Source: an uncultured Chloroflexia bacterium
GTDB taxonomy: Bacteria > Chloroflexota > UBA6077 > JACCZL01
Assembly: GCA_963765765.1 (NCBI GenBank)
Contig: CAVXYC010000019.1
Coordinates: 256,001 to 320,000, forward strand
Direction: 5' to 3'
Length of the DNA: 64,000 nt
Position numbers and translations under genes: made by a program. The number at the start of each line of letters is the position of its first letter. Within the stretch, counting starts at the first letter, position 1. This document shows positions 52,068 to 61,557 of the stretch, piece by piece. The notes beneath the pieces are model-generated. The model worked only from the letters and a program-made list of their open reading frames with translations, did not search any database and was not told where the DNA came from.

Positions 52068-52825
52068 AGCGATTGATTCTAGTTTCTCACCTCCGGATGC
52101 CGATATCAGGTGGACATGGAGGATCGGCTAAGGGCGAGCGCCAAACAATCGGAACCGTCGACGGCCGTGAGCACCCTACGCAGGACCCGCCTTCGTCCAT
52201 CGGCGTACGATGGAATTGACGGCATGCTTCGCGCACGTCTCGTGCTCGACTGATTAAGCGTTGCTCAGTTGCCGAGCACGGTGCTGGCGCACCAGAAGTG
52301 GTTTACCGACACCACGGCGAATTCGTCGACTGATCGCCTGTCCTCAGGCCGCGGAGGTTCGCCGCACTTGAAGTGGTCGCGGCGGAGCGGACGGGTTTGG
52401 GTTGCTATGGATCGTCTGCTCGGTCATGTTCGGCATGACAGATGCATTGGTGCAGTTTCGGTATGTGGGGATTGCTGTCAGAATCTTGTGATCGGTCGTA
52501 CCCTTCGCTGGCAGGAATGTCCAGGCAGCGTCTTCATCGCTTGTCTGGGGCGCGCGGGCCATCAATCAATTACGCATACTGAGTGAAATCTAGTTCTTGA
52601 AGCTGGGATTAATCGTTAAGACCTGGCCAGCGGGATTGGCATCATGTACCTGCTGCTGGTCCACGGAAGTGCCTCGCCGTCAATCTACCCGGCGGAGAAT
52701 TTGGTGACAAGCCAGAGTACCGCAGTGGTGCTGTCGTGGAATAATCAATTGGGCTTCGGGCGGGTTTTCGCCATAGGAGGGCTAATCGCATTGGGCTCGA
52801 GTCCATCTCCGGGAGTGCAGCAAGC

Positions 52826-53606
52826 ATGCTGAAACCTAGTGCCATAGCCGTAGCGCTAGGTATCTTCCTTTCCGTCGGGTGTTCTACGCAGCCGAGCGAT
52901 AGGCCGCGAGACGGCTCGGATCCGGTTCCGATCGGCCAAGGAATTTCGGAGGCTGTGGAAACCCCCGAGCCGGGCAGCGTCACGGACGTTTCGATTCGGT
53001 TCATCGATGAAGATGGCGCAACCGCCACGCCGCTGCCAACCGTGGCGCCGAGCGCCGAACCATCGGTGACTCCAAATCCGTCAGGACCGATTCCCCCTCA
53101 AGCCGCGGCCTCGCCCGGATCGCTTGACGGTCGAACGCCCGGCTCGGCGCATTGCCGGAACCGATCGTCAAGGTGTCCGGCTCCGAGAGAATCCGTCGGC
53201 TCAATCCAGCACCGTAGGCGCCGTGGCCGAAGGAGCAGTCGTGGATCCCGTCGAAGGGCCGGTCGTGAGCGATGGGGGAAGCTGGATTCGTGTCCAGGCC
53301 GGTGCGAGACAGGGCTGGGTACCGGACCGATATCTGGAGCCGCCGGCCATAGCCGCGGCGCCGGTTCCATCAGCAGTCGCATCCCCCGGGTTGCCCACCG
53401 ATTTTGTTATCCGGCGTACCGATGGTGCAGGCGCGAACGTCCGCGAGTCCCCCTCTACGTCGGCCCGGGTGCTGGGCAACTTGCCGGAGGGAAGCATGGT
53501 GCAGTCGGTAGAACGTCCTGTCTCTGTTGACGGCCGCGCGTGGCAAAAGGTTCAGGGGAATGGACTCGAGGGTTGGGTGCTCGCAGTAGTCGTGACACCC
53601 CGCTAG
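52826..53606 (+). CDS. lipoprotein with two C-terminal bacterial SH3 domains; frameshift ~53120
   Basis: lipobox SVGC, Pro-rich linker, GVRLRENPS...GWVPDRYL and GANVRESPS...GWVL. Confidence 0.8.
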
Positions 53607-53803
53607 CCCGTATTTCGAACAATTTGCTGGTCTGCAGAGACGGCCAATGCTCGATCGTGGCAGGCATATCCCAGCCGTGGTCCCCGCCGCGGAATACACC
53701 ATGAGTTAGTCGATGACTCCGCGGCTCTAACGGAATACACTTCAATCCGTTAGTCGCTCTCGGTCAGTAGACGTCCTAAGCGATTCCAGATGGTGGGGGT
53801 TTC

Positions 53804-54121
53804 ATGGGTATCTCATACGTTCCGATTGCTGAGTTGAACGAGCTTCAAGAAAATGAGATGAAGCTTGTCACGATTTCGGGGCGCGACATCGTCGTGACGC
53901 TCGTTGATGGCAAGCCATTCGCATTCGACCGGACGTGTCCCCACGAGGCGGCTGATCTGGACTGGGGCATGATTCATCGACGGACGGTGATATGTGACGA
54001 GCACGGCTATGCATTTGACCTGGAGTCAGGCGAATGTACGCAACCCCGTGGCGGTCCGTCACTCCCTCTCCATCCGGTCGAAGAGCATGATGGAAAATGG
54101 TGCGTTCGGATTGAGTCCTGA
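53804..54121 (+). CDS. Rieske-type [2Fe-2S] ferredoxin
   Basis: CPHE...CDEHG..FDLESG, 105 aa. Confidence 0.9.
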   Translation: MGISYVPIAELNELQENEMKLVTISGRDIVVTLVDGKPFAFDRTCPHEAADLDWGMIHRRTVICDEHGYAFDLESGECTQPRGGPSLPLHPVEEHDGKWCVRIES

Positions 54122-54161
54122 GTAGCGGCTCCCAATATCCGAGGAGTGGCTTAGTGCGCCA

Positions 54162-54263
54162 ATGATGACGCCAGAGGGCGCTGAGGCGGAGCGCAGTCTT
54201 ATTGCGCTCTTGCAGCTTGCCCATTCCGGGGAGCTTGCGGCAGCGCTTGCCTGTCCAGGATAA
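54162..54263 (+). pseudogene. 33-codon remnant resembling the N-terminus of ferritin-like (Coq7-type) proteins
   Basis: MMTPEGAEAERSLIALLQLAHSGELAAALACPG*; GAGGAG upstream. Confidence 0.35.
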
Positions 54264-54305
54264 AAGCGTTCCAAATTTAGGACTCGGAAGAGGAGCTGAT
54301 AGCCG

Positions 54306-55070
54306 ATGCCATTTGCCGCCGTGAACGGTGTTGACCTGTACTACGAGTCCGAAGGCGAGGGCCCAGCACTGGTGTTCTGCCACGGGGCCGACGGCAATCA
54401 CATGAGCTGGTGGCAACAGGTGCCCGCCTTCAGCGATCGCTATCGATGTGTTGTCTTCGATCACCGCGGATTTGGCAGGAGCCACGTGGAAGAAGGTCAG
54501 GGTGGCGATGGCCACTATGTGGCCGATATGCACGCGCTGCTGGACCACCTTGGTCTGGATCGAGTCATTCTGGTCGGCCAGTCGATGGGAAACCGCTCCG
54601 GCCTTGGCTATGCTCTGGTACATCCGGAGCGTGTGCGGGCCGTAGCTGTCTGCGATGGTCTTGCGAGCTTTTCCGACGAGGCCATCGATAGGCGGATCGC
54701 CGAGAGTCGAGCATCCCGCGAAGCGGGTGCGGAGCTCACTTACTTGCTGGCGCCCGACTTTCCAGAACGCGAACCGGCAAAGCTGCTGCTTTACCGACAG
54801 ATTTCCAGGCTCAATCCAAAGCGACCGGCCGGCCCGTCACAGGACAAGTTCGGCCTTGATGATCTGCGGCGATTTCAGACCCCGGCTCTCTTCATCGCCG
54901 GTGAGTACGATCATCTGTCTCCCCCTGACGTGCTTCAGCAGCTTGCCGAAGTAGTACCGAACGGTCGCTTCGAGCTGATCACGAACGCCGGGCACTCAGC
55001 CCACTTTGAGCGACCAGGCGAATTCAATCGCCTCTTGGTGGAGTTTCTGAGCGAGGTGACCGCTGACTAG
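54306..55070 (+). CDS. alpha/beta fold hydrolase
   Basis: HG, DHRGFG.S, GQSMG, GEYD, AGHS. Confidence 0.92.
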   Translation: MPFAAVNGVDLYYESEGEGPALVFCHGADGNHMSWWQQVPAFSDRYRCVVFDHRGFGRSHVEEGQGGDGHYVADMHALLDHLGLDRVILVGQSMGNRSGLGYALVHPERVRAVAVCDGLASFSDEAIDRRIAESRASREAGAELTYLLAPDFPEREPAKLLLYRQISRLNPKRPAGPSQDKFGLDDLRRFQTPALFIAGEYDHLSPPDVLQQLAEVVPNGRFELITNAGHSAHFERPGEFNRLLVEFLSEVTAD

Positions 55071-55091
55071 CTATTCGTCACCCTCGTCGGT

Positions 55092-55547
55092 ATGAGCTCC
55101 GACAGCGCCTTCACAGCGGACATCGATACTTGCGCCTTCTGCCGAATCGCCACGGGACTCCAGGAAGCGCACATGGTATTCGAAGACGATTCGTCCGTCG
55201 CCTTCCTCGACATTCGTCCTGTGTTCCAGGGCCATGTTTTGCTCATCCCCCGGGTCCATTACGCAACGATGATGGATCTCCCGGCAGAGCTCGGGTGTCG
55301 ACTCTTCAGCAATGCTCAGCTCCTCGCTCGAGCGGTAGAGGGCGCAATGGCTGCCGAGGGCGTGTTCGTGGCCATCAACAATCGTGTGAGCCAGAGCGTT
55401 CCCCACGTCCACATCCACCTGGTGCCGCGTCGATTCAAGGATGGATTGCGGGGCTTCTTCTGGCCGCGCACGAAGTACCCCGATCAGGCCGCCATAGAAC
55501 AAGTGCAAGCCTCGATTTCAGCAGCGATCCAGGAGCTGATGGCTTGA
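55092..55547 (+). CDS. HIT family hydrolase
   Basis: CAFC, FLDIRP..GHVL, QSVPHVHIHLVPR. Confidence 0.93.
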   Translation: MSSDSAFTADIDTCAFCRIATGLQEAHMVFEDDSSVAFLDIRPVFQGHVLLIPRVHYATMMDLPAELGCRLFSNAQLLARAVEGAMAAEGVFVAINNRVSQSVPHVHIHLVPRRFKDGLRGFFWPRTKYPDQAAIEQVQASISAAIQELMA

Positions 55548-55621
55548 CTCATCGTGGGACCCGTCCATTGGACACAACCGCGTTCATTTGTCGGGTTTGA
55601 TCGTAACGCGTAGTCCGAAGC

Positions 55622-56993
55622 CTATAGCGCTGGCAATCCCGTCCGCTCACTCGATTCACCGAGTGCGGTGAGTAGGTGCTGCGCCCACGCCTGGGCGGCT
55701 CCATCGTAGGTCGGATCGATGACCCATTCAGTGTCACCCGCCTCGCAGCCGGGGGCCAGGGTGTCCACGCAGCGATAGTGGCGAAGGGCAACCCCGCCCG
55801 TCGGCATGGCGAGAGTCGAACGCAGGCCATCGACGTTGCGCAGCGCGAGCTGTCGCCACTGCTCGTCACCTGTCTCCGCGTACAGCGCGAGGTGTGCCAG
55901 ACTCGTCCATGCGGCATACGAGGCGTACACCTGATCGATCCCGTATTCCAGGTTGTACCCCCCGCGCTCGTTGCGGAAGGTCGGCCTCGATCCCGTGGCC
56001 CACGCGCACCGCCCGTGCCAGCCGCGCCGAATCGCCGTCCAGGCGATAGGCGGCCAACTGGGCCTCGATGGCGATCCCCTGGTCGTAGTTGAAGTACCGG
56101 TCGCGGATCGCCGGGCCGCGCGTCCCGTCGTCGGCTTCCTCGAGTCCGATCCGCCACCGGTAGAGGCCCGTCTCGGGGTCGAAGAGGACGGTATCCAGCC
56201 ACAGCAGGGTCCGCAGTGCCCACTCGCGATCGTCCGGGTCGCCGGTGACCTCGAACGCCCGCGCGAAGAAGAGGGCGGCCAGGGCGTTGGTCTGCGCGGG
56301 CTTGCCTTCCGGCGTCGCCTCGTGGGAGGTGTTCCACCAGAAGCCGCCGCCGAACGTCTCGTCCCAGAGGCCGCTCTCCCGGAGGAAACTCGCCTCGCGG
56401 CGGATCGCATGGCGGTAGCGCGCCTGCTGTGATGCGTCGCGGGTCGTGCCGAGCCTCGCGATGAGCGCGAGCCCCGCCAGGGCGTTATCGTCGCCGAAGC
56501 GCTCCGCCCGCATGACTTCGGTCCCGAAGGGATTGGACCGCGCGTAATACCCGCCCTCGCTGTCGTCCCAGAGTCGGTCGAGGAACAGAAACGCCTTCTC
56601 GATATGGCAGATGCTCTCGGGATCCGTTCGTTCCGGCACCTGTTCGGTGCGCCGCGCAGGAAGCTGAGGCAACGGGACGGAGATCTGGCCCTTCGCGTGC
56701 AGCAGCGCGACATCGGCCCAGACCTGGGAAGCCACATACCACTGGTCCGCCCAATCAGGCTCCCGGTCGCTGCGACGATACGCCACGAAACGCGCTTCGG
56801 GACAGGTCCGAGCGTCGCCGAGGACGCGCAGATGCCGACGCGTCCCTTCTTGCACGCCGGCCGCCTCCGCGAGCCACCGGCCGCGGTCATCACCATCGGC
56901 GTGCGCCGGTCGGATGACCGCCAACGCGAGAACCACCGCCATGAGCACCGCAACCCGGTGGACGGTAAGGGGTACGGCGAAGCGCAGTCGCAT
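55622..56993 (-). CDS. secreted glycoside hydrolase family 76-like (alpha/alpha barrel) protein; frameshift ~55965
   Basis: signal peptide ending AHA, FGDDN, GGGFWW, KPAQTN, YFNYDQG; tail in ORF 55622..57010. Confidence 0.65.
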
Positions 56994-57079
56994 GCATGCA
57001 ATTGATGCACAGGTCAGGCCGGCAGGGCGGCCGATACGATGAGCCGATCGCAAGCTTCTAGGCCAGCACGAGACTTCGG

Positions 57080-57110
57080 CGTTCAGTCGGGCTCTCGTTC
57101 AGTCGGGCTC
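57080..57110. repeat. 15-bp tandem duplication of the clpS 3' end
   Basis: cgttcagtcgggctc at 57080-57094 and 57096-57110. Confidence 0.8.
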
Positions 57111-57404
57111 GATCGTGACGCGCAGTCCGAAGCCCGCCAGCCGCTCCTGGTACATCTCTGCCTGCTCTTTCGGAGCGCGCGCCACCACGGATGCGCCGGT
57201 GGTGTGTATTTCATAGGCGTGCTGGTGGGCTTTGGAGCGGGACATGCCGGGGATCACCTTGCATAGAGCAATCTCGACGTCGTCAAAGGAGTGACAGCTA
57301 CAGTCGAGCACGACCACACGGAATGGAGGGAGGATCCGGGTTAACGTTTCTTCGTCCAGATCCGGCTTCGTGATGGTTGGCGTAGGTGTGGCAGGAGCCG
57401 TCAT
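57099..57404 (-). CDS. clpS: ATP-dependent Clp protease adaptor ClpS, atypical pocket (DCSCH)
   Basis: PPFRVVVL...SFDDV..AL...A...AYEIH..GASVV..APKEQAEMY..L...GL.VTIEP. Confidence 0.88.
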   Translation of the reverse strand: MTAPATPTPTITKPDLDEETLTRILPPFRVVVLDCSCHSFDDVEIALCKVIPGMSRSKAHQHAYEIHTTGASVVARAPKEQAEMYQERLAGFGLRVTIEPD

Positions 57405-57525
57405 TTGAGTGTGCGTTTTGGCCGGTTCATTAGGATCACCTCGTGCGGCGGCAGCAGGTGAGTCAATAGCTCTTTCTCGAGTCTGGACGGGTGGTGGGAA
57501 GGATCATGATGATTTGGACCGTCAT
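57401..57525 (-). other. short ORF homologous to the ClpS N-terminus, stop overlapping the clpS ATG (needs one restored base)
   Basis: MTVQIIMILPTTRPD/LEKELLTHLLPPHEVILMNRPKRTLK* versus ClpS TKPDLDEETLTRILPPFRVVVLD. Confidence 0.45.
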
Positions 57526-57566
57526 TCTTAGCGTATCACGTGGGCTTCGCGAGCTATGCCGGACGT

Positions 57567-57649
57567 CGTAGTGGGGGCGTCTAGCCCGTACTCGAAGTGC
57601 TGTACCGACCCAACCGCGCTCCGCGAACGAGCGGGACGCCGACGCTACG
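57567..57649. repeat. degenerate GTAG-type REP-like doublet
   Basis: cgtagtgggggcgtctagcccgt / acgagcgggacgccgacgctacg. Confidence 0.45.
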
Positions 57650-57651
57650 GA

Positions 57652-59418
57652 CTATCCGGGCTTGGTCGCTAACGTCTCGGCCCGAGGTCGCAGCGACAGC
57701 AGGGTCTCCAGTAATGCGTCGATTCGGTGCCGGAATTCCGTGGTTTCCTCATGCTCGGCGCGGATGAAACGGTCATACGGTGCCAACGCATCGCGCACGC
57801 GCTGGAGAGTTCGATCCAGCTCACGGTCAAACTCAGTGCGCATCGCGGTAATTAGACGTTCGCGGAGCGTTTCGACGCGTTCGGCAAGCTGCTCCCTCGC
57901 GCGACGTCGCCGCAGCGGAAGCACGTAGAAACCGACGCCTGCCAGAATTCCAGCGGCGAAGAGCCCGGTCACATCGGCCGCGGCGCCGCCGAGAATGGCC
58001 ATTGTCACGGCGCCCAGACCCACTGCGCCCACCTCGATGAGCGCGGTCTGGGCCACGGCTCCGCGCACGGACTCCGCAAGCTGCTCGGCTTCGCGCCGGT
58101 GGTCGTGCTCGGCCACGACGGTGCGCGCCGTCTGGCCGAGTGAGCCGAGAAGCGCCCGCCGGTCGTACTCAAACGAGCCTGTTAAACGCTGCACCGGCGA
58201 ATCAGGTCCAATTGAGCGCGCATGATCTACTTGGTCCGTAATGGAACGCCAGAGCTTGACGTCCTGATCCACGATCCAATCGATCGTCTGTCCTGCTACC
58301 CGATCAATCCGCTGAGCCGTGTCTGCCACGACCTTTTGCTCGAACTCGTCGCGCATGCGCTCGCGATTGAAGAGATCGAAGACGCGGCCGATCCTCAGCG
58401 TATCGTCCAGGAACTCGTCGCCTCTACGATGGAGCTCATGCAGGACGTTCTCCAGCTCTTCCAGCCGAAAGGCGAAATCGCGTCGCATGTCTTCCCGATG
58501 GGCCTCGAGCTGTCGCTCGATCGACCGAGTAAGTGCCATGTCGTCTGCGATCCTTGCGAGCTTGGCGTCGGAAGCGACAACGTATTGCTTCGAGACCTTC
58601 TCCGCGATACCCAGCGGGGTGGTGAGCTTGATGGCCAGGCGTCCGCTATCGTCTAGGGTTGTGTGGATGAAGCGCTCGAGTGCTTGGAATCCACTCTCAT
58701 CCCAGAGCTCTGTTCGCTTGCCGCCATCGGACTCTGCTCGGGCCGCCATGGCCAGTCGGGCAGAGACGGGAAAGAGCTCGGGTGAGAACCCGAGCAGGCG
58801 CTCGGCGCCCTGTTGGACGAATTGGATCTGATCATCCCGGTCCCGCTCGGAGACGAGAAGATCGACCTTGTTCAGCACCACGACGACCTTCTTGCTCCAT
58901 GCGCGAATGCGCTCCATGAACGCTCGTTCAGACTCGCTGAACGGTCGGTCTGCCGACGTGACGAACAGAATCAGATCGGCGCGCGGAATGAAATGTTCGG
59001 TGATCTCCTCGTGCTCGCGGAGAACGGCGTTGGTCCCGGGGGTGTCAACAATAGCGATGTCACGCAGAAGATCCAGCGGATACCCGACCTGAAGTATTGA
59101 GCCGTCTCGCAGCTCGCGTTGGCTCTCCGCATACCCGAGCCGCGTGATCGCCGCGGTTGTCGGCGTGACACCCTCGCGGAGGATGGGCGCGCCCACAAGT
59201 GCGTTGATGAAGGCGGATTTGCCCGCGTTGAACTCACCGACGACAACCAGGAGGAAGAGCTCATCGAGATCACGCTCAGCCTGCCGGATAAGCTGAATAT
59301 CAGATTCATCCGCATGCTCACGAGCCAGCAGCTCGCGCAGATCCGCCAGGGCGGCGCGCTCATCGGCCAGTAGTGCTCGCTGCTCAGCAGAGAGCGGCGC
59401 TTTATCTGTTAGGGGCAT
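57652..59418 (-). CDS. bacterial dynamin-like GTPase (Fzo/FZL-like)
   Basis: G1 GEFNAGKS, G2 TPTT, G3 DTPG, G4 NKVD, helical stalk and hydrophobic hairpin. Confidence 0.9.
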   Translation of the reverse strand: MPLTDKAPLSAEQRALLADERAALADLRELLAREHADESDIQLIRQAERDLDELFLLVVVGEFNAGKSAFINALVGAPILREGVTPTTAAITRLGYAESQRELRDGSILQVGYPLDLLRDIAIVDTPGTNAVLREHEEITEHFIPRADLILFVTSADRPFSESERAFMERIRAWSKKVVVVLNKVDLLVSERDRDDQIQFVQQGAERLLGFSPELFPVSARLAMAARAESDGGKRTELWDESGFQALERFIHTTLDDSGRLAIKLTTPLGIAEKVSKQYVVASDAKLARIADDMALTRSIERQLEAHREDMRRDFAFRLEELENVLHELHRRGDEFLDDTLRIGRVFDLFNRERMRDEFEQKVVADTAQRIDRVAGQTIDWIVDQDVKLWRSITDQVDHARSIGPDSPVQRLTGSFEYDRRALLGSLGQTARTVVAEHDHRREAEQLAESVRGAVAQTALIEVGAVGLGAVTMAILGGAAADVTGLFAAGILAGVGFYVLPLRRRRAREQLAERVETLRERLITAMRTEFDRELDRTLQRVRDALAPYDRFIRAEHEETTEFRHRIDALLETLLSLRPRAETLATKPG

Positions 59419-59431
59419 GGCGCCATCGCGT

Positions 59432-61441
59432 TCATCGACGGTCCGCTCGAATCTCCACGGAGCGAAGCTTGACCCAGCCTTCCGAATCGGACGTTTCGGT
59501 TGCAAGCGGTTGTCTGTTGGCGTCCAGAAGTCGAATGCTCACGATGTAGTTTCCAACCGGTGCATCTGGCATCGTACTTAGCATGACGCGCGCCATATCT
59601 CCCGCGGCTCCATCGACTCTGAGGTCGGCTGCCTGAGATGAGCCGCCCGTATAGTGCTCGCTCGTCAATCGAGCTTCTACCGTACGATCCGTTGGCGGTC
59701 GATTCCAGAAAAGCGACAACTGAAGCTCCTGGCCGGGTCTCACGCGCACGGCGCTGGTGCTATAGCCCAGGAGGGCGGACCCGTCCGAGAATGCCAGACT
59801 CACCGGAGCTCCAACGCGCGTGTAGTAGATCCATGCATAGTCCACACCCTGAAGCTGCACCACATGTTCTGCCTGCCACGGGAGGAACTGTTCGTCCATG
59901 GCCGGTGGATATTCGCCGAGCTGACGATTCCGAATGTAGACCACGGTAAAGTCGTACGCCGTGGCGTCGGCGGACTCCGCGGGCATGACCTGGGCGCGAG
60001 TCTGCGCGCCCAACACCGTTGTGTAGACCTCTCCGGGCATGCCCACGCGCAGTCGCTCTGGGTCGGACTGCGCATTGAGATAGTCCGCCACCTCGTTCAG
60101 GCCTTCGCCCCATCCGGACGCGATGAGACGCGTACCCCGTTCGGCGCCACCGGCAAGCGGATTGAAGTAGGTCAGTTCATACGGCATGGCCATCGCTGAT
60201 TGACCCATTTGCAGAAGCACAACGCCTCCGAATAAGACGCCCGCGACTGTGGGCGAGCGCGGTGCAATGGCACGGGTCAATGACGCCCATCCGAATCCAG
60301 CGAGAACGGCAAGTAGTGGAAAAACCGGTAACAGATAGCGATCGAAGTTTTTCGCCGCGAACGTCATGAGCAGGCCAAACGCCAGGACGAAGCCGAGAAT
60401 CGACGCGGTCGTGCGCCGCCAGGCCGTACGCTCCCCACCGGGAACCACGAGACAGGCAAGGATGGCCAGAATGACTCCACCAAGCGTCACTGGGGATGCG
60501 CGGAGTAACAGCGTGTAGACATAAAACAGTGGACCAACTGTTGCGCGTTCTTCCCCGATGGGCCCAAGGGCGTGCGCTGGGTTGGTGTTGTCGCGCATGA
60601 ACGCCAGCACTTGCCCCAACGTTGTATCGGGCGCAGTCCACATGGCTGGCCAGACGACGACATAGGTCACGAGGGTTGCAGTGGCCCAGACCGCACCGAG
60701 CATCCACACTCGTCTCTGACGGAGCGGGCGGGGTCCGCTGAGCAGTACTCCCAGGATGGGTATGAATGCCAATAGCAGGCTGGCCGGTGCTTTCGCGAGA
60801 AGTGCGAGGCCCGTGGCTATTCCGCTTCCGACCATGACCCACGCGCCCAGTCGCCCACTCCAGCCTGCGATAGCCGTGAGCAAGGCCAGGGCGATGAAAC
60901 TGGAAAGCTCAGCGTCTATGTGGAGAAGCCGCGAATGCGCGAGCAGAAACGGCTCAAACGCCAGCAGTCCCGCTGTGATGAACCCCGCCGCTGCCCCGTA
61001 CAGGCGCCAGGCGAGCGCAGCGAGCATGAGCGCCACGATACCCGTGATGATGCCAACACCCTGGCGCGCACGTGCGAGCGCGGGTACGAAGTCTGCTTGC
61101 TGACTGACCTCGCGCCGCGAGACTTCGCGCCGCGGCCCGGCGAATGACTGGGCTCGTTCGAGCCCCAGCACGGAGACCGCAGACCACATGGTCGGGACCC
61201 CAGGGTGGCCCGTGAGAAACGTTTGGTCGAACCGCCCTTGGCCCAGCGCCCGTGCAAACGTTCCGGAACGGCCCAGCCAGAAAAGCTCGTCAGTCGTGAC
61301 GAAGACATCCGTGGCGACAAGCCGGGGAATGAACACGCAGGCGGCGAGAATCACCGCGACAAGAAGCACAATCGGAGCCGCTATGACGGGTGGATGCGGT
61401 CCAACCGGAGGGGCTGCGCGAGCCGTGGACGCTGGGACCAT
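59432..61441 (-). CDS. GT39/PMT (ArnT-like) membrane glycosyltransferase with extracellular C-terminal domain
   Basis: TTDE..W, GHPGV, HSRLLHID, LLAK, DRYLLP. Confidence 0.85.
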   Translation of the reverse strand: MVPASTARAAPPVGPHPPVIAAPIVLLVAVILAACVFIPRLVATDVFVTTDELFWLGRSGTFARALGQGRFDQTFLTGHPGVPTMWSAVSVLGLERAQSFAGPRREVSRREVSQQADFVPALARARQGVGIITGIVALMLAALAWRLYGAAAGFITAGLLAFEPFLLAHSRLLHIDAELSSFIALALLTAIAGWSGRLGAWVMVGSGIATGLALLAKAPASLLLAFIPILGVLLSGPRPLRQRRVWMLGAVWATATLVTYVVVWPAMWTAPDTTLGQVLAFMRDNTNPAHALGPIGEERATVGPLFYVYTLLLRASPVTLGGVILAILACLVVPGGERTAWRRTTASILGFVLAFGLLMTFAAKNFDRYLLPVFPLLAVLAGFGWASLTRAIAPRSPTVAGVLFGGVVLLQMGQSAMAMPYELTYFNPLAGGAERGTRLIASGWGEGLNEVADYLNAQSDPERLRVGMPGEVYTTVLGAQTRAQVMPAESADATAYDFTVVYIRNRQLGEYPPAMDEQFLPWQAEHVVQLQGVDYAWIYYTRVGAPVSLAFSDGSALLGYSTSAVRVRPGQELQLSLFWNRPPTDRTVEARLTSEHYTGGSSQAADLRVDGAAGDMARVMLSTMPDAPVGNYIVSIRLLDANRQPLATETSDSEGWVKLRSVEIRADRR

Positions 61442-61557
61442 GCGGATGGACGAGTATAGCATTGAGGCAGCCGTTGGTTGACCGATGGCGGTGCCTGATC
61501 GCAGGACTATGAAGTTTTGTCGTATGCTCGCCAAAGTTCACATCTGGGAGTACGACT

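Noticed and set aside
52081-52825. c-di-AMP or other riboswitch upstream of the SH3 lipoprotein
   Set aside because: I could not find the conserved ydaO-type or other riboswitch motifs by eye
55622-57010. 462-aa ORF overlapping a 395-aa ORF as two genes
   Set aside because: One gene split by a frameshift near 55965; most of the 462-aa frame is Arg/Ser-rich and not protein-like
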